Below are positions 53,286-64,000 of a DNA stretch of 64,000 bases, piece by piece (position 1 is the first letter of the stretch; each line of letters starts with the position of its first letter). Where the stretch lies: the NCBI GenBank assembly GCA_951406725.2, contig OX597824.1, positions 19,902,001-19,966,000 on the forward strand. Direction: 5' to 3'. The DNA is from Octopus vulgaris (lineage: Eukaryota). Both the position numbers and the translations under genes were made by a program. Below the pieces are notes generated by a model. That model had not been told where the DNA came from. It ran no database searches and saw nothing but the letters and a program-made list of their open reading frames with translations.

Positions 53286-53480
53286 TGTCTTGGATTTGAA
53301 TAAATAATTGAAGATAAGAAATATAGCTTTTGCAGATTGTTGCAATGTCTATTCCTGGTGGAAGAGAAACCCAAAATAAAATGGAAACCAAAGGGATATA
53401 ATTGTCACCACCACCACCCCCCATCGTCATCACCTCCACCATCTTCACCGCCGCCACTGCCACCACCGTCACTAGCAGAG

Positions 53481-54226
53481 GGGCTTCCTTGAGCAAGCAG
53501 AAGAACCTCTAAGCAGTTAACTTGCCATGCTAGAAATAGCAAACAAATCAGACTGCTCTTCACCTGTATTAAGTAAAGGGGGGGATACTTTTATCAATAT
53601 ACTTTCTGGGCTTCCTTGAGCAAGCAGAGGAACCTCTAAGCAGTTACTTGCCATGCTAGAAATAGCAAACAAATCAGACTGCTCTTCACCTGTATTAAGT
53701 AAAGGGGGATACTTTCTGGGCTTCCTTGAACAAGCAGAGGGAACCTCTAAGCAGTTACTTGCCATGCTAGAAATAGCAAACAAATCAGACTGCTCTTCAC
53801 CTGTATTAAGTAAAGGGGGGATACTTTTATCAATATACTTTCTGGGTTTCCTTGAGCAAGCAGAGGAACCTCTAAGCAGTTACTTGCCATGCTAGAAATA
53901 GCAAACAAATCAGACTGCTCTTCACCTGTATTAAGTAAAGGGGGGGATACTTTTATCAATATACTTTCTGGGCTTCCTTGAGCAAGCAGAGGGAACCTCT
54001 AAGCAGTTACTTGCCATGCTAGAAATAGCAAACAAATCAGACTGCTCTTCACCTGTATTAAGTAAAGGGGGGGATACTTTTATCAATATACTTTCTGGGT
54101 TTCCTTGAACAAGCAGAGGGAACCTCTAAGCAGTTACTTGCCATGCTAGAAATAGCAAAGAAATCAGACTGCTCTTCACCTGTATTAAGTAAAGGGGGAG
54201 GGAATACTTTTATCAATATACTCTCT
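53481..54226 (+). repeat. Tandem array, ~126-bp unit x6, derived from a retroposon tail
   Basis: Units start at 53481, 53608, 53718, 53844, 53970 and 54097. The last unit continues into GATGGTCGTGGCTGGAA…(CAA)n, as at 6345-6415. Confidence 0.95.
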
Positions 54227-55011
54227 GATTTACAGAAAAATAAAAAATTTTTGTGATGGTCGTGGCTGGAACACTTTCGATCACGTGCCTGCTTAATTAG
54301 GGTTTACTTGAGACTGAACAACAACAACAACAGCAGCAATCGTCATCATCATAACCATCCTTGTCGCCATCGTCATCCTTAATCACATAATGATCAGTCA
54401 TCATCAGTCATCATCATCGTGTGACTCAAATACTTTAGTCAGCACCAGACGTAGAGATGTTGTCTCTTACAAGAGAGAAACAAATAGATGGGAGGAAGAA
54501 GTGATGTAATATGGGTTTTGTGTCATCCTTCAGCCTCCGCTGTTTTTCTGCTGCCATAGCAGCAGCAGAAACTCTGCACCTCCGCTGCTGCTGCAGCGGA
54601 TTTCAGTTCCCTACTGCTGCAACACAGCAGCCTATACCACTCTATTGCACTGCTGTAACAAAACCCCATTCCCCATGATATATATATAATGACATATACA
54701 TATAAATATAATGAGATTGATATATATATATGTAATATATATGTGTATATATATATATGTGTATATATATATATGTATATATATGTGTGTATATATATGT
54801 GTATATATGTGTATATATATGTGTATATATATATGTATATATATATATATATGTGTATATATATGTGTATATATATGTATATATATGTGTATGTATGTAT
54901 ATGTATATATATATATATATACACACACATATTAGTCTTGACTTAATCTCTGCTATGGTATTGAGTACCTCTTCTTTTTCTACAGTCAACACCAAGCACA
55001 CACACACACAC

Positions 55012-55049
<38 letters not shown>

Positions 55050-55051
<2 letters not shown>

Positions 55052-55212
55052 ACAGGCTTCTTTCAGTTTCCATCTACTAAATCAACTCACAAGGCTTTGG
55101 TTGGGTCGAGGCTATATTAGAAGACACTTGCCCAAGGTGCCACGCTGTGTGACTGAACCCGGAACCATGTGGTTGGTAAGCAAGCTACTTTTCAAACAGC
55201 CACTCCTACACC

Positions 55213-55213
<1 letters not shown>
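55050..55213 (-). mobile_element. SINE family 1, 5' half
   Basis: GACAGGCTTCTTTCAGTTTCC…CAGCCACTCCTACACCT, ending at the internal (TA)n. Confidence 0.88.
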
Positions 55214-55255
<42 letters not shown>

Positions 55256-55879
55256 ATGTATATATATGTGTGTGTGTGTATTTATATCTGATGATCAAAC
55301 AAGTGCCATAATGAACTGACATGTACTCAGTGGACTGGACATTGTCAATTTATCTGTGTGTGTGTGTGTGTGTGTACATGTGCACACACACACATACACA
55401 CACCTGCCTGCATTTTGTACTCTCCTCACTTCTAAACTTTTGAGACGTTGATTAAAGCTTACTGTTTGCGAAAGTTCCTGCATCTTGTGGAGTGTGTCCG
55501 CCTGTTGGTTTGTCTGTCTGTGTGTCTGTCTGTCTACCAGCTGTTCTTAGTAACCAGCAGGACTAAATCTGATTAGATCCCTGGCTGTCTGCGTCTCTAA
55601 CCATTTCTCTGGAACTTAATTATAGAGTTAGGTGGAAGTCTAATAAGAAAACTCGCAGCTAATCTGAATCTTGCAGACAAACCAAATATACATACATACA
55701 TACATATAAATATATATATATGTGTTTTATCTGCATACGAATGTAATTTTCATTTGGACATATATTTGCATATGCGTGTATGTGTGTGTGTGTGTGTGTG
55801 TGTATATAATGAAAAAAATGAAGGTGTAACGTTTTAATAAAGCAGACACATGAGTATATCAGTATTAACATCAGTATGT

Positions 55880-56320
55880 GTGTATATATGTATGTAGATG
55901 CATTTATATATGTATGTGCATCTATCTATCTATATATGTGTGTGTGTGTGTGTGTGCATATAGATGTGTATGTGTGTGTGTGTGTATGTATGTGCATATA
56001 GATGTGTATATGTGTGCATGTATATATGTGTATGTGTGTGTATATATGTGCATATAGATGTGTACATGTGTGTGTATATATATGTGTATGTGTGTATTTA
56101 TATTGTGTATATATGTGTATATGTGTGTGTGTATATATGTGTATATGTGTGTGTGTATATATGTGCATGTGTGTATATAGATGTGTGCATGTGTGTATAT
56201 AGATGTGTATGTGTGTATAGATATGTGTATATGTATGTGTGTGCATGTGTGTAAATATATGTGTGTGTGTATATGCGTGTATAAATATATATGTATGTAT
56301 GTGTGTGTCTGTATGAGTAT
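55880..56320. repeat. Compound TG/TA microsatellite with ATAGATGTGT units
   Basis: Directly visible. Confidence 0.9.
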
Positions 56321-58352
56321 ATTTATATGAACTAATGTGTCCGTAACCTTAATGGAAGTCCTAATCTACGAGAGAGAGAGAGAGAGAGATAGCGAGTCTT
56401 AGTTGCTGTCTGTCGGCTTTGGAAATCTTCACATCCTCTCTATTAATACTGAATTTCATAAACCTTATCGTAGCTGATGGTGGTACCATATATAATACAC
56501 TGGTAGCGGTGTGTGGTCGGGTACTCGTTCTGTGGACATGTTCGTAGGCACCACCACCACCACCCCTATCTATAAACGTGTGCACACACACACACACACA
56601 CATGCGGCCCACCTCCGTCCCCATCACTGCTACCCTTAATTTGTCTCTGTTACACAAAAGAAGTACTAACCGGAATATTAAAATATAAATTGATGACTTT
56701 GTAGAGAAGCGTGGGGGTGGGGGGCAAATAAGAAAAAAGGGGGTGGAAAATGGTTTTTTTGCCATTATTTCTACAGGCAATCTTCACTTAGCACCGCCGC
56801 CGCCATCACTAACAGCATCATTATCGTTATCACCATCATCATCAGCATCATCATTATGTACATGTGCAATCGACTTTGTTTTATTTCTACAGTTATTCTT
56901 CAAAACTCATATTGGAGACATTTCTTCATCATCGTTATTAGAATCATCGTCATCATTGTCACTTTTAGCACCATCCCTATAATCTCCATCATCATCATCA
57001 TCATCAGCATCAGCATCATCTTCACCATCCTTGTAATCTTCATCATCACTATTATGATTAGTATTATTTTTTCTGTTTGTTTGTTTTTTGGTTTTTTTTT
57101 TTTCCTTTTTGTAACAAAACCCAAAATAATTTCTAGGTATCTCTGGCAATTTTCAGTTTTAATAATCTTTTTGTTCCTTTTTCTCTTTCCTTTATTTCCT
57201 TTTTTTTTTTCGTTCGTTGTCTTTTCACATCTTTTCCCTGTTTTGTTTTTTTGTTTTTTTTCCTTCTTTACTCCTATTTCCTTTTTTTTGTTTCCTTTTT
57301 ATTTTTACCTTTTTTTTTTTTTACCTTTCTTTTTACCTTTTCTTCCTCGTAAAATTATCTTTATGGAAGCTTTGTCTAACTACTCTTTTGAAAAGTAAAT
57401 TTTTCTAATTAAATTTCTCTTTCTCTCCCCCTCCCCCCTCCTCTCTGCTACTGCTTTTCTTTTCCTTCACCTTCAATTTCTCCATTTCTCTTTTCTTTTC
57501 CTTCTTTTTAAATGAAATTAAACAAGGCATTTAAGACATTCTTCTACCTTCTTAGCATCAACTAATCAATAGATAACTCCGGTGGGGGGGGGGGGACGTG
57601 CGTGCATATATATGTACACATTCCCATATGTGTGTTTAAACGCGGCTGCATGCATACATGCATCTGTATGCACCGTTATTTGTATATACAATATATATAC
57701 ACACATATATATACACATATATACGTATGGTTTGTATGGCTTACATTTTGCGTCTTTTGAAAGATCGCTTTCCCTTTGTAGTGTTCAAGCGATACATGAA
57801 CTGTTTGTACATTCAAAGAGCTCGACTGCGTGAGTTCAATTTAACATTTAGCTGCGACACACCTGCAAAATGCGCTGTTTTAAACAGACATCAACCGATT
57901 CTCACAGCTTTTTTAAATTAGGTAGAGTGAAACAATGCCGGTTTATCTTTCTGCAAAATCAATAACACCTCCATGGAATCGTACACAAATAAATCCCGAC
58001 AGCTGATACTTACCACCACCCACCCACCCCCGGTACCCCCCAGTATAAAACCGGTACTTAACAGAAAATTAATGCCACGCTTTTTTTTTGTTGTTGTTGT
58101 TTTTAATCTCTTAGACTCGTTTCAGTCATTAGGTTGCGGCCCTACTGGGGCACTTGCTTGAAGTATTTTTAGTCGAATGAATCGAACCCCAGAACTTTTT
58201 TGCTTTTGGTGGGGGAGGGTTAAACTTGGCACTTATTCTATTGGTCTCTTTCACTAAGGACATAAACACACCAACACCAACCAGTTGTCAAGGGAGTGGG
58301 GGTGGGGCAAACAACCACAAAGAGAAAGACACACACACACACACATATATAT

Positions 58353-58569
58353 GATTCAAAATGTGACCGCATGTGTACCGTTGGCGATTTTTTTTTTTTT
58401 TTCCTCTGTCTTCCCTTCTCTGGATCTTTCCTTCTATGTTTCTGACGAAGAGCTCCGCTCGAAACGTTAAACCTTCCTTCTTTCCTGACCATCCAATAAT
58501 ACTATATTTGTTCCACGTCCTCGCGTTGTTGTGTTTTTTTGTGCTTTCTTGTTTAGATTAACTTTATTT
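58353..58569 (+). mobile_element. Penelope-like terminal fragment nested in the SINE's (TA)n
   Basis: Carries a hammerhead motif; pyrimidine/T-rich flanks; layout parallels 24915-25104. Confidence 0.65.
58438..58472 (+). ncRNA. Minimal type I hammerhead ribozyme motif
   Basis: Stem I GUUU/AAAC, core CUGACGA, an extra A, stem II GAGC-UCC-GCUC, GAAA, palindromic stem III ACGU, and U at position 17 (58468). Confidence 0.75.
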
Positions 58570-59895
58570 ATATATATATATATATACCTACATATTTATA
58601 TATACGAGCTTCTTTCAGTTTCCATCTACCAAATCCATTCACAAGGCTCTGGTTGGCCCATGACTGTAGAAGACACTTGCCCAAAGTGCCATGCACTGGG
58701 ACTGCACCCGGAACCATATGGGTAGAAGCAAACTTCTTACCACACGGCCACGTGTTTTGGGTTTTTTTTTTTTCTTTTTAATATCGGATGGCAACGAAAT
58801 AATGTAGTTTGTAAAAACAATTTCCTAACATAAGAATTTAGTCATGCATTTATTGGGAAGGTGTATGGTTGATTGTATTAAGACCCCTATTACATAACTG
58901 GTACTTGATATTCCTAGCCTGGGTCTTTCCATAGCCCTTTGCATTGTAGCCCATTGTTCTTCCCTTTTTGGAAATATCATGAAAGCTTATCTAAAATAAG
59001 GTAATTTAAGAACAGAATGCAGTAATTGATATTAATACCATAAACATAAGCTCCGCTGGGCCAGATATGGCATGGGGTTCACAGGGAAAAGATGGACCCT
59101 TGTTGTTGCCAACGGTGTCCAAGAGGTCAAGAATGACCATTCAGATGGCTTCAACAATAATGGGAATTAGTGAAATGGTTTGGGCCGCAATCAAGAGAAA
59201 ATTGGAAGTGCATTGTGACAAGCAGTGTATAACATCTGATAGTCTAGATGATATAGGTGATTCAGGTGATGAATACTGCATATTTTATTTGACCCAGGGA
59301 GATGAGACAGTTGACTTTGACATAATTTGAACTCGGAATACAAAAGGAAATAACAAACTACCTAAAGGCTTTTGGGGGGGGGGGTTCCTTTGTCTGTTCT
59401 ATTAATTCCGCTCCGTCTCACAATAGAAGTGCACCACTAATCGAGATGTTCACGCGTGTAAGGATATATTTGTGTATCTATCCTTTTGGATGAGAAAATA
59501 CATTTAGTTTTACACATACTTTTATTTTTTTTTATTTGATGTACCTAGGTGCAAACCACCAACGACACACTCAATTCTCTCCCTTTCTCCCACCCACTCA
59601 CACACACCATAATTATTTATCACACTGGAATGTTGTGTGCTTTAGCAAAGGCATTCATCCATGAATTAACTATGTGAAGATATCAGCTAGGTGTAAACCA
59701 CACCCTGATTAGCAAACCAGTTATGTTGTTCCTTCAAGCTAAAATCTCAGAACCTATAGAGGTCAGCAATTATAGCGTGACCTTCACACTTGTATGGACA
59801 GTCACAAGGTGGTGATGGTGGGAGGGAGGTGCTATTCACCTTTTCCTAGTAAAGGAATTTAATTTAAAGAAACTGTATATCTGTATACACACACC

Positions 59896-59937
<42 letters not shown>

Positions 59938-60052
59938 CTGTTAAGGATTTTTTCAGGTATAGGATGTAATCTAAGATATAACTAGTATTCCTTTTACTGT
60001 AATTTGAAGGGCTGAATGTCAGCCAACCTTGAGTCTTCTTTTTAAAGCATTG

Positions 60053-60120
60053 CCTATTTCTTTACTGTCCTTGTTTGTCCCCTCTGTGTTTAAGCCCCTT
60101 GTGGGTAGTAAAGAAATGGG
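60053..60120 (+). mobile_element. Isolated SINE family 2 tail B with 5' inverted copy of its own 3' end
   Basis: CCTATTTCTTTACT (60053-60066) is complementary to AGTAAAGAAATGGG (60107-60120) at 13/14 positions. Confidence 0.8.
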
Positions 60121-61317
60121 TTTCTTATGTAGGGTGGCAATCAAGAATTTTAGAGAGGAGGAGTGAATAGAATCAAGCCACAGTACTTGACTGGTAATAT
60201 TTGATTTTATCACCCCCTGAATGAATGAAAAGCAAAATCGACTTCAGTAGGAGTTGAACCATGAACGTAATGGACCAGAACGAAATAATTTTAAGCTCTC
60301 TGATGCTTTAACATTTCTGCCGATCCACTGCCTTTTTCTAAAGTTTACAACACCTAGGTTCCCCATGCAGCCTGGGCATCCTCCATCTTTCTTTATCAGA
60401 CAAGAACTTGTGTTTTCCACATGATATGACCATAAACCTCCAATATCGGAGAATTTTATGGAGTCATTGATGAGAGTAATAAGCAAATAATTATCTGTAT
60501 GTGAGATAAATTGATCTAAATATTTTAGAAACACAAGTTAATTTGTTCTCTGTATTTTATCATTATTATTATTATTATCATTATTATTATTATTATTGTT
60601 ATTATTACTACTACTACTTCTTCTTTATACAATGTAGTGGTATGGAATAAATTGAAATTCTTCCAACAGGAAACAGGTGCAGGTTTTAAATAAATAGAAA
60701 TAAAAATTAAAAAAAAGAAATGCATGAATAAAATAGATAAATAAATAAGCGAAAAATAACAAAATCCTGAAATTCAGTCTTGAAATAAACAAACAAGATC
60801 AACCGTGCAACCGCCCAACCAGCCAACATCTGAGATTGAGTTTCTTTTAAAATTCCCAGGTTATATTCCACAGAAGCATTATCAGTTCATTGAGAAAACT
60901 GTGTGGAGCAGAGAGATTTCTGCTTGTTGTGGCAAGGAATCGTTTGTTTTAATCAGGACTAGAGATTAACTCTAGTTTATTCATCAGGCTAACCAAACCA
61001 ATTTTGGTTAGACGCTTCTAAATTCTTTGAGCCACATTATCCAGATGTGTATAATTTCACTGAACCAGGTTCAGGATGGGATGATGATGATGATGAGCAA
61101 GATAGCTATTAATTAAATCACTGTGTTTTAAGTATCCCAATCGCTAACAGTTGTTCCCTTCTGAAGCCACTTCGGCCCTCCTGGGACTCCAGAACAAGCT
61201 GCAGGCTGATTACTAGTTGTACCAGCCTTTGGTGGAGACTGCAGTATATTTCTGGACAAATAACGTGAGTTCATGGCTGTTTCCTGCACAAGCTTCACAT
61301 AGAAGCCCCAGGCCCAT

Positions 61318-61703
61318 CCAAAGTGCCTTGGATCACAGGGTGGCCAGCTGTGCTTACCTTTAATCGTAGGGCGACCTGCTGTGCTTGAGGAGACCCATTG
61401 AGTCAAGTACATCAACATCAAAAAATCAAATGGAAATTGTAGTTGTGATACCTGTGCCGGTGGCACGTAAAAAGCACCAACCGATCGTGGCCATTGCCAA
61501 CCTCCCTTGGCACTTGTGCTGGTGGCACGTAAAAACCACCCACTACACTCACGGAGTGGTTGGCATTAGGAAGCGCATCCAGCTGTAGAAATACTGCCAG
61601 ATCAGACTGGAGCCTGGTGCAGCCTCCTGGCTTCCCAGACCCCGGTCGAACCGTCCAACCCATGCTAGCATGGAAAACAGACGTTAAATGATAATGATGA
61701 TGA
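61318..61703 (+). mobile_element. RTE-related 3' UTR / non-autonomous derivative with (TGA)n tail
   Basis: CTGTGCTTGAGGAGACC as at the 5 kb RTE ORF end, GGTGGCACGTAAAAA modules, and …CCATGCTAGCATGGAAAACAGACGTTAAATGATAATGATGA. Confidence 0.85.
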
Positions 61704-62063
61704 CTCCTACCTAAAGCCTAAATGCATTTCTTGAAGTGGACGATACGACTCGTCTAGTCTTTCAAACCCCTTTCAGCTTTGCTTTTCGATCCTCTTAGGT
61801 CCACAAGTACCTGTGATATACTGGGGGTTAATATAACTCAGTTTGCTTTATCGTTTGTATCTATTCTGTATTTTCTCGTTTGTAGCTTGTCTTTGTGCCT
61901 TTCTCTCTTGTGACTCATCTTTGTATCATGCACCTGTGACTACACATCTCTTGTGTGACAAGTCTCTACTTCAGTTATGACTTGTCTTTCCATTTTATTT
62001 GTGATGTTGTTGAAATACTTTCTTTCTCTCTCTCTCTCTCTCTCTCTCTAGTTGTCACATCCA

Positions 62064-62103
62064 CTAATGATTTTTTTTTGTTTTTTTCTATTTCTAGGTA
62101 AGT
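62064..62103 (+). other. Candidate recursive splice site (3' splice site directly followed by a 5' splice site)
   Basis: Branch-point CTAAT (62064-62068), AG-free T-rich tract (62071-62094), TAG (62095-62097) | GTAAGT (62098-62103). Confidence 0.6.
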
Positions 62104-62761
62104 ATGCAGATGACATTTTCTACTTTGGAATGGATTTTTAAGGATTCTATTATTCCTCTTCGCTACAAATGGCATCTTGCTACTACATCAGATAAGAATG
62201 TTTACACATATTTACTCCTTCTCGCTTACTGTCTCTCCCTTTCTCTCTCCCTCTCTCACTTTTTTTTTTTTCAGTAAATATTATAAATTTTTTTTTAAAT
62301 TATGGTTTATAGCCCCAACAGTTTCTATGTTTGTGAGTCTTTCTAGCAATATGTCCTCATCTCTCAATTTCATGCGTGTTTAATTTCAAACCTGAGTCTT
62401 TCCATCTGTGAGTATCAAGGCAAAGATACAGACAAGATGGCAGGGTTGGAGGTGGGTTCAGTCCTTTCCCTCCCAACGCCTGTAGCAGCACTGTGTTCAT
62501 ACAAGGTTAACATTCCTATCCATCTATATGGCTATATAGATGGATAGATATATAGATGGATATATATATATATAAATAAATACTATATAATGATGTCTAT
62601 GCTGTGGCAAGGGTTTTGCTATGAAGTGCTGGGGCCCTCGTTTTTCAAAAAGGGTTTTGGGTCCCAGTAGCTTTAACATGCTCTAATATGTTTAACCCTT
62701 CTGCATTTAGATATTATTCTGTCAAAAGTCATGTTTATGTTATTTTAAATTAATCATGCAT

Positions 62762-63160
62762 TATCATCATCATCATCATCATTTAATGTCTGCTTTCCAT
62801 GCTAGCATGGGTTGGACGGTTTGACTGAGGGCTAGCGAACCAGATGGCTGCACCAGGCTCCAGTCTTGATCTGGCAGAGTTTCTACAGCTGGATGCCCTT
62901 CTTAACGCCAACCACTCCAAGAGTGTACTGGGTGCTTTTACGTGCCACCAGCATGGGGGCCAGTCAGGCGGTACTGGCAACAACCTTGCTCAAATTTTTT
63001 TTTTTTTTACACATGCCAACGGCACAGGTGCCAGTAAGGTGACGCTCGAATGGTGCCTTTTACGTGCCACCGGCACAGAAGCCAGTTAGCCACTCTGTCA
63101 ACGATCACGCTCGTGTGGTGCTCGTGCTCATCATCGAATTTCACTTTGATTTTGATTTCG
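62762..63160 (-). mobile_element. RTE-related 3' UTR element inserted at a TTAA-MITE fragment (62692-62765)
   Basis: Reverse complement of 61440-61703, with a (CAT)n tail at 62764-62782. Confidence 0.85.
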
Positions 63161-63164
63161 ATTA

Positions 63165-63666
63165 TTTATATATATATATATGTATGTATATATATGTGTA
63201 TGTGTATATGTGTATGTGTATATGTATATATATATATATGTGTATATGTGTATATATATATATATGTGTATATGTATATATATGTGTATATGTATATATG
63301 TGTATATGTATATATATATATGTGTATATGTATATATGTGTATATGTATATGTATATATGTGTATATGTATGTATATATGTGTATATGTATATATATATG
63401 TGTATATGTATATATATATGTGTATATGTATATATATATGTGTATATGTGTATATATATATGTGTATATGTATATATATATGTGTATATGTGTATATATA
63501 TATGTATATATATGTGTATATATATATGTGTATATATGTATATATATATGTATATATATGTGTATATATGTATATATATATGTATATATATGTGTATATA
63601 TGTATATATATATGTATATATATGTGTATATATGTATATATATATATATATATATGTGTATATATG

Positions 63667-63723
<57 letters not shown>

Positions 63724-63842
63724 ATATATATGTATATATATATATGTGTGTATATATGTATATATATGTATATATATATATATATATATATGTGTATATA
63801 TGTATATGTATATATATATGTATATATATGTATATATGTATA

Positions 63843-63893
<51 letters not shown>

Positions 63894-64000
63894 ATATATA
63901 TATATATATGTGTATATATATATGTGTGTATATATGTAAATATATATATGTATATATATATATATGTGTGTATATATGTAAATATATATATGTATATATA
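63165..64000. repeat. Long (TA)nTG compound microsatellite, running off the window
   Basis: Directly visible. Confidence 0.95.

Larger units (their letters stand above)
58108..58750 (-). mobile_element. Diverged SINE family 1, interrupted in its internal microsatellite
   Basis: 3' half at 58108-58350 and 5' half at 58603-58750. Confidence 0.8.

Noticed and set aside
53481-54226. CRISPR-like regular array
   Set aside because: Whole units repeat with no unique spacers, there are no cas genes, and the context is eukaryotic.
56900-57149. Acidic Asp-rich / Met-rich ORFs
   Set aside because: Product of a degenerate (CAT)n microsatellite.
59947-59962. Other AG|GT composites (TTTTTTCAG|GTATAG; also 33388, 39219, and minus-strand 45937)
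   Set aside because: Short or absent pyrimidine tract, or weak donor; expected by chance in AT-rich DNA.
40-64000. Numerous long ORFs rich in YI/CV/HT/LS dipeptides (e.g. 11391-12436, 10251-11120, 63064-63939)
   Set aside because: Translations of stop-free (TA)n/(TG)n/(CT)n microsatellites; not genes.

Overview
AT-rich, microsatellite-saturated eukaryotic non-coding DNA. The repeat families (two tRNA-derived SINEs, RTE tails, TTAA MITEs) match from memory those of Octopus (coleoid cephalopod); this is inference, not a database result. No host protein-coding exon is supported, and almost every ORF in the track is a (TA)n/(TG)n/(CT)n artefact. The only recognisable peptides are C-terminal fragments of an RTE LINE (~4.9 kb) and an R4/Dong LINE sitting in (TAA)n (~6.6 kb). 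The window looks like part of a very long + strand intron. Main points of interest: (1) a textbook recursive-splice (ratchet) site, branch point + polypyrimidine tract + TAG|GTAAGT, at 62064-62103; (2) a minimal type I hammerhead ribozyme in a Penelope-like tail at 58438-58472, with a degenerate relative at 24980-25015; (3) a SINE subfamily that occurs as multimers with recurring breakpoints, one multimer lying inside a single 18-bp TSD; (4) repeated fold-back duplications across (TA)n tracts and at retroposon 5' ends; (5) a strong minus-strand bias of the main SINE family.
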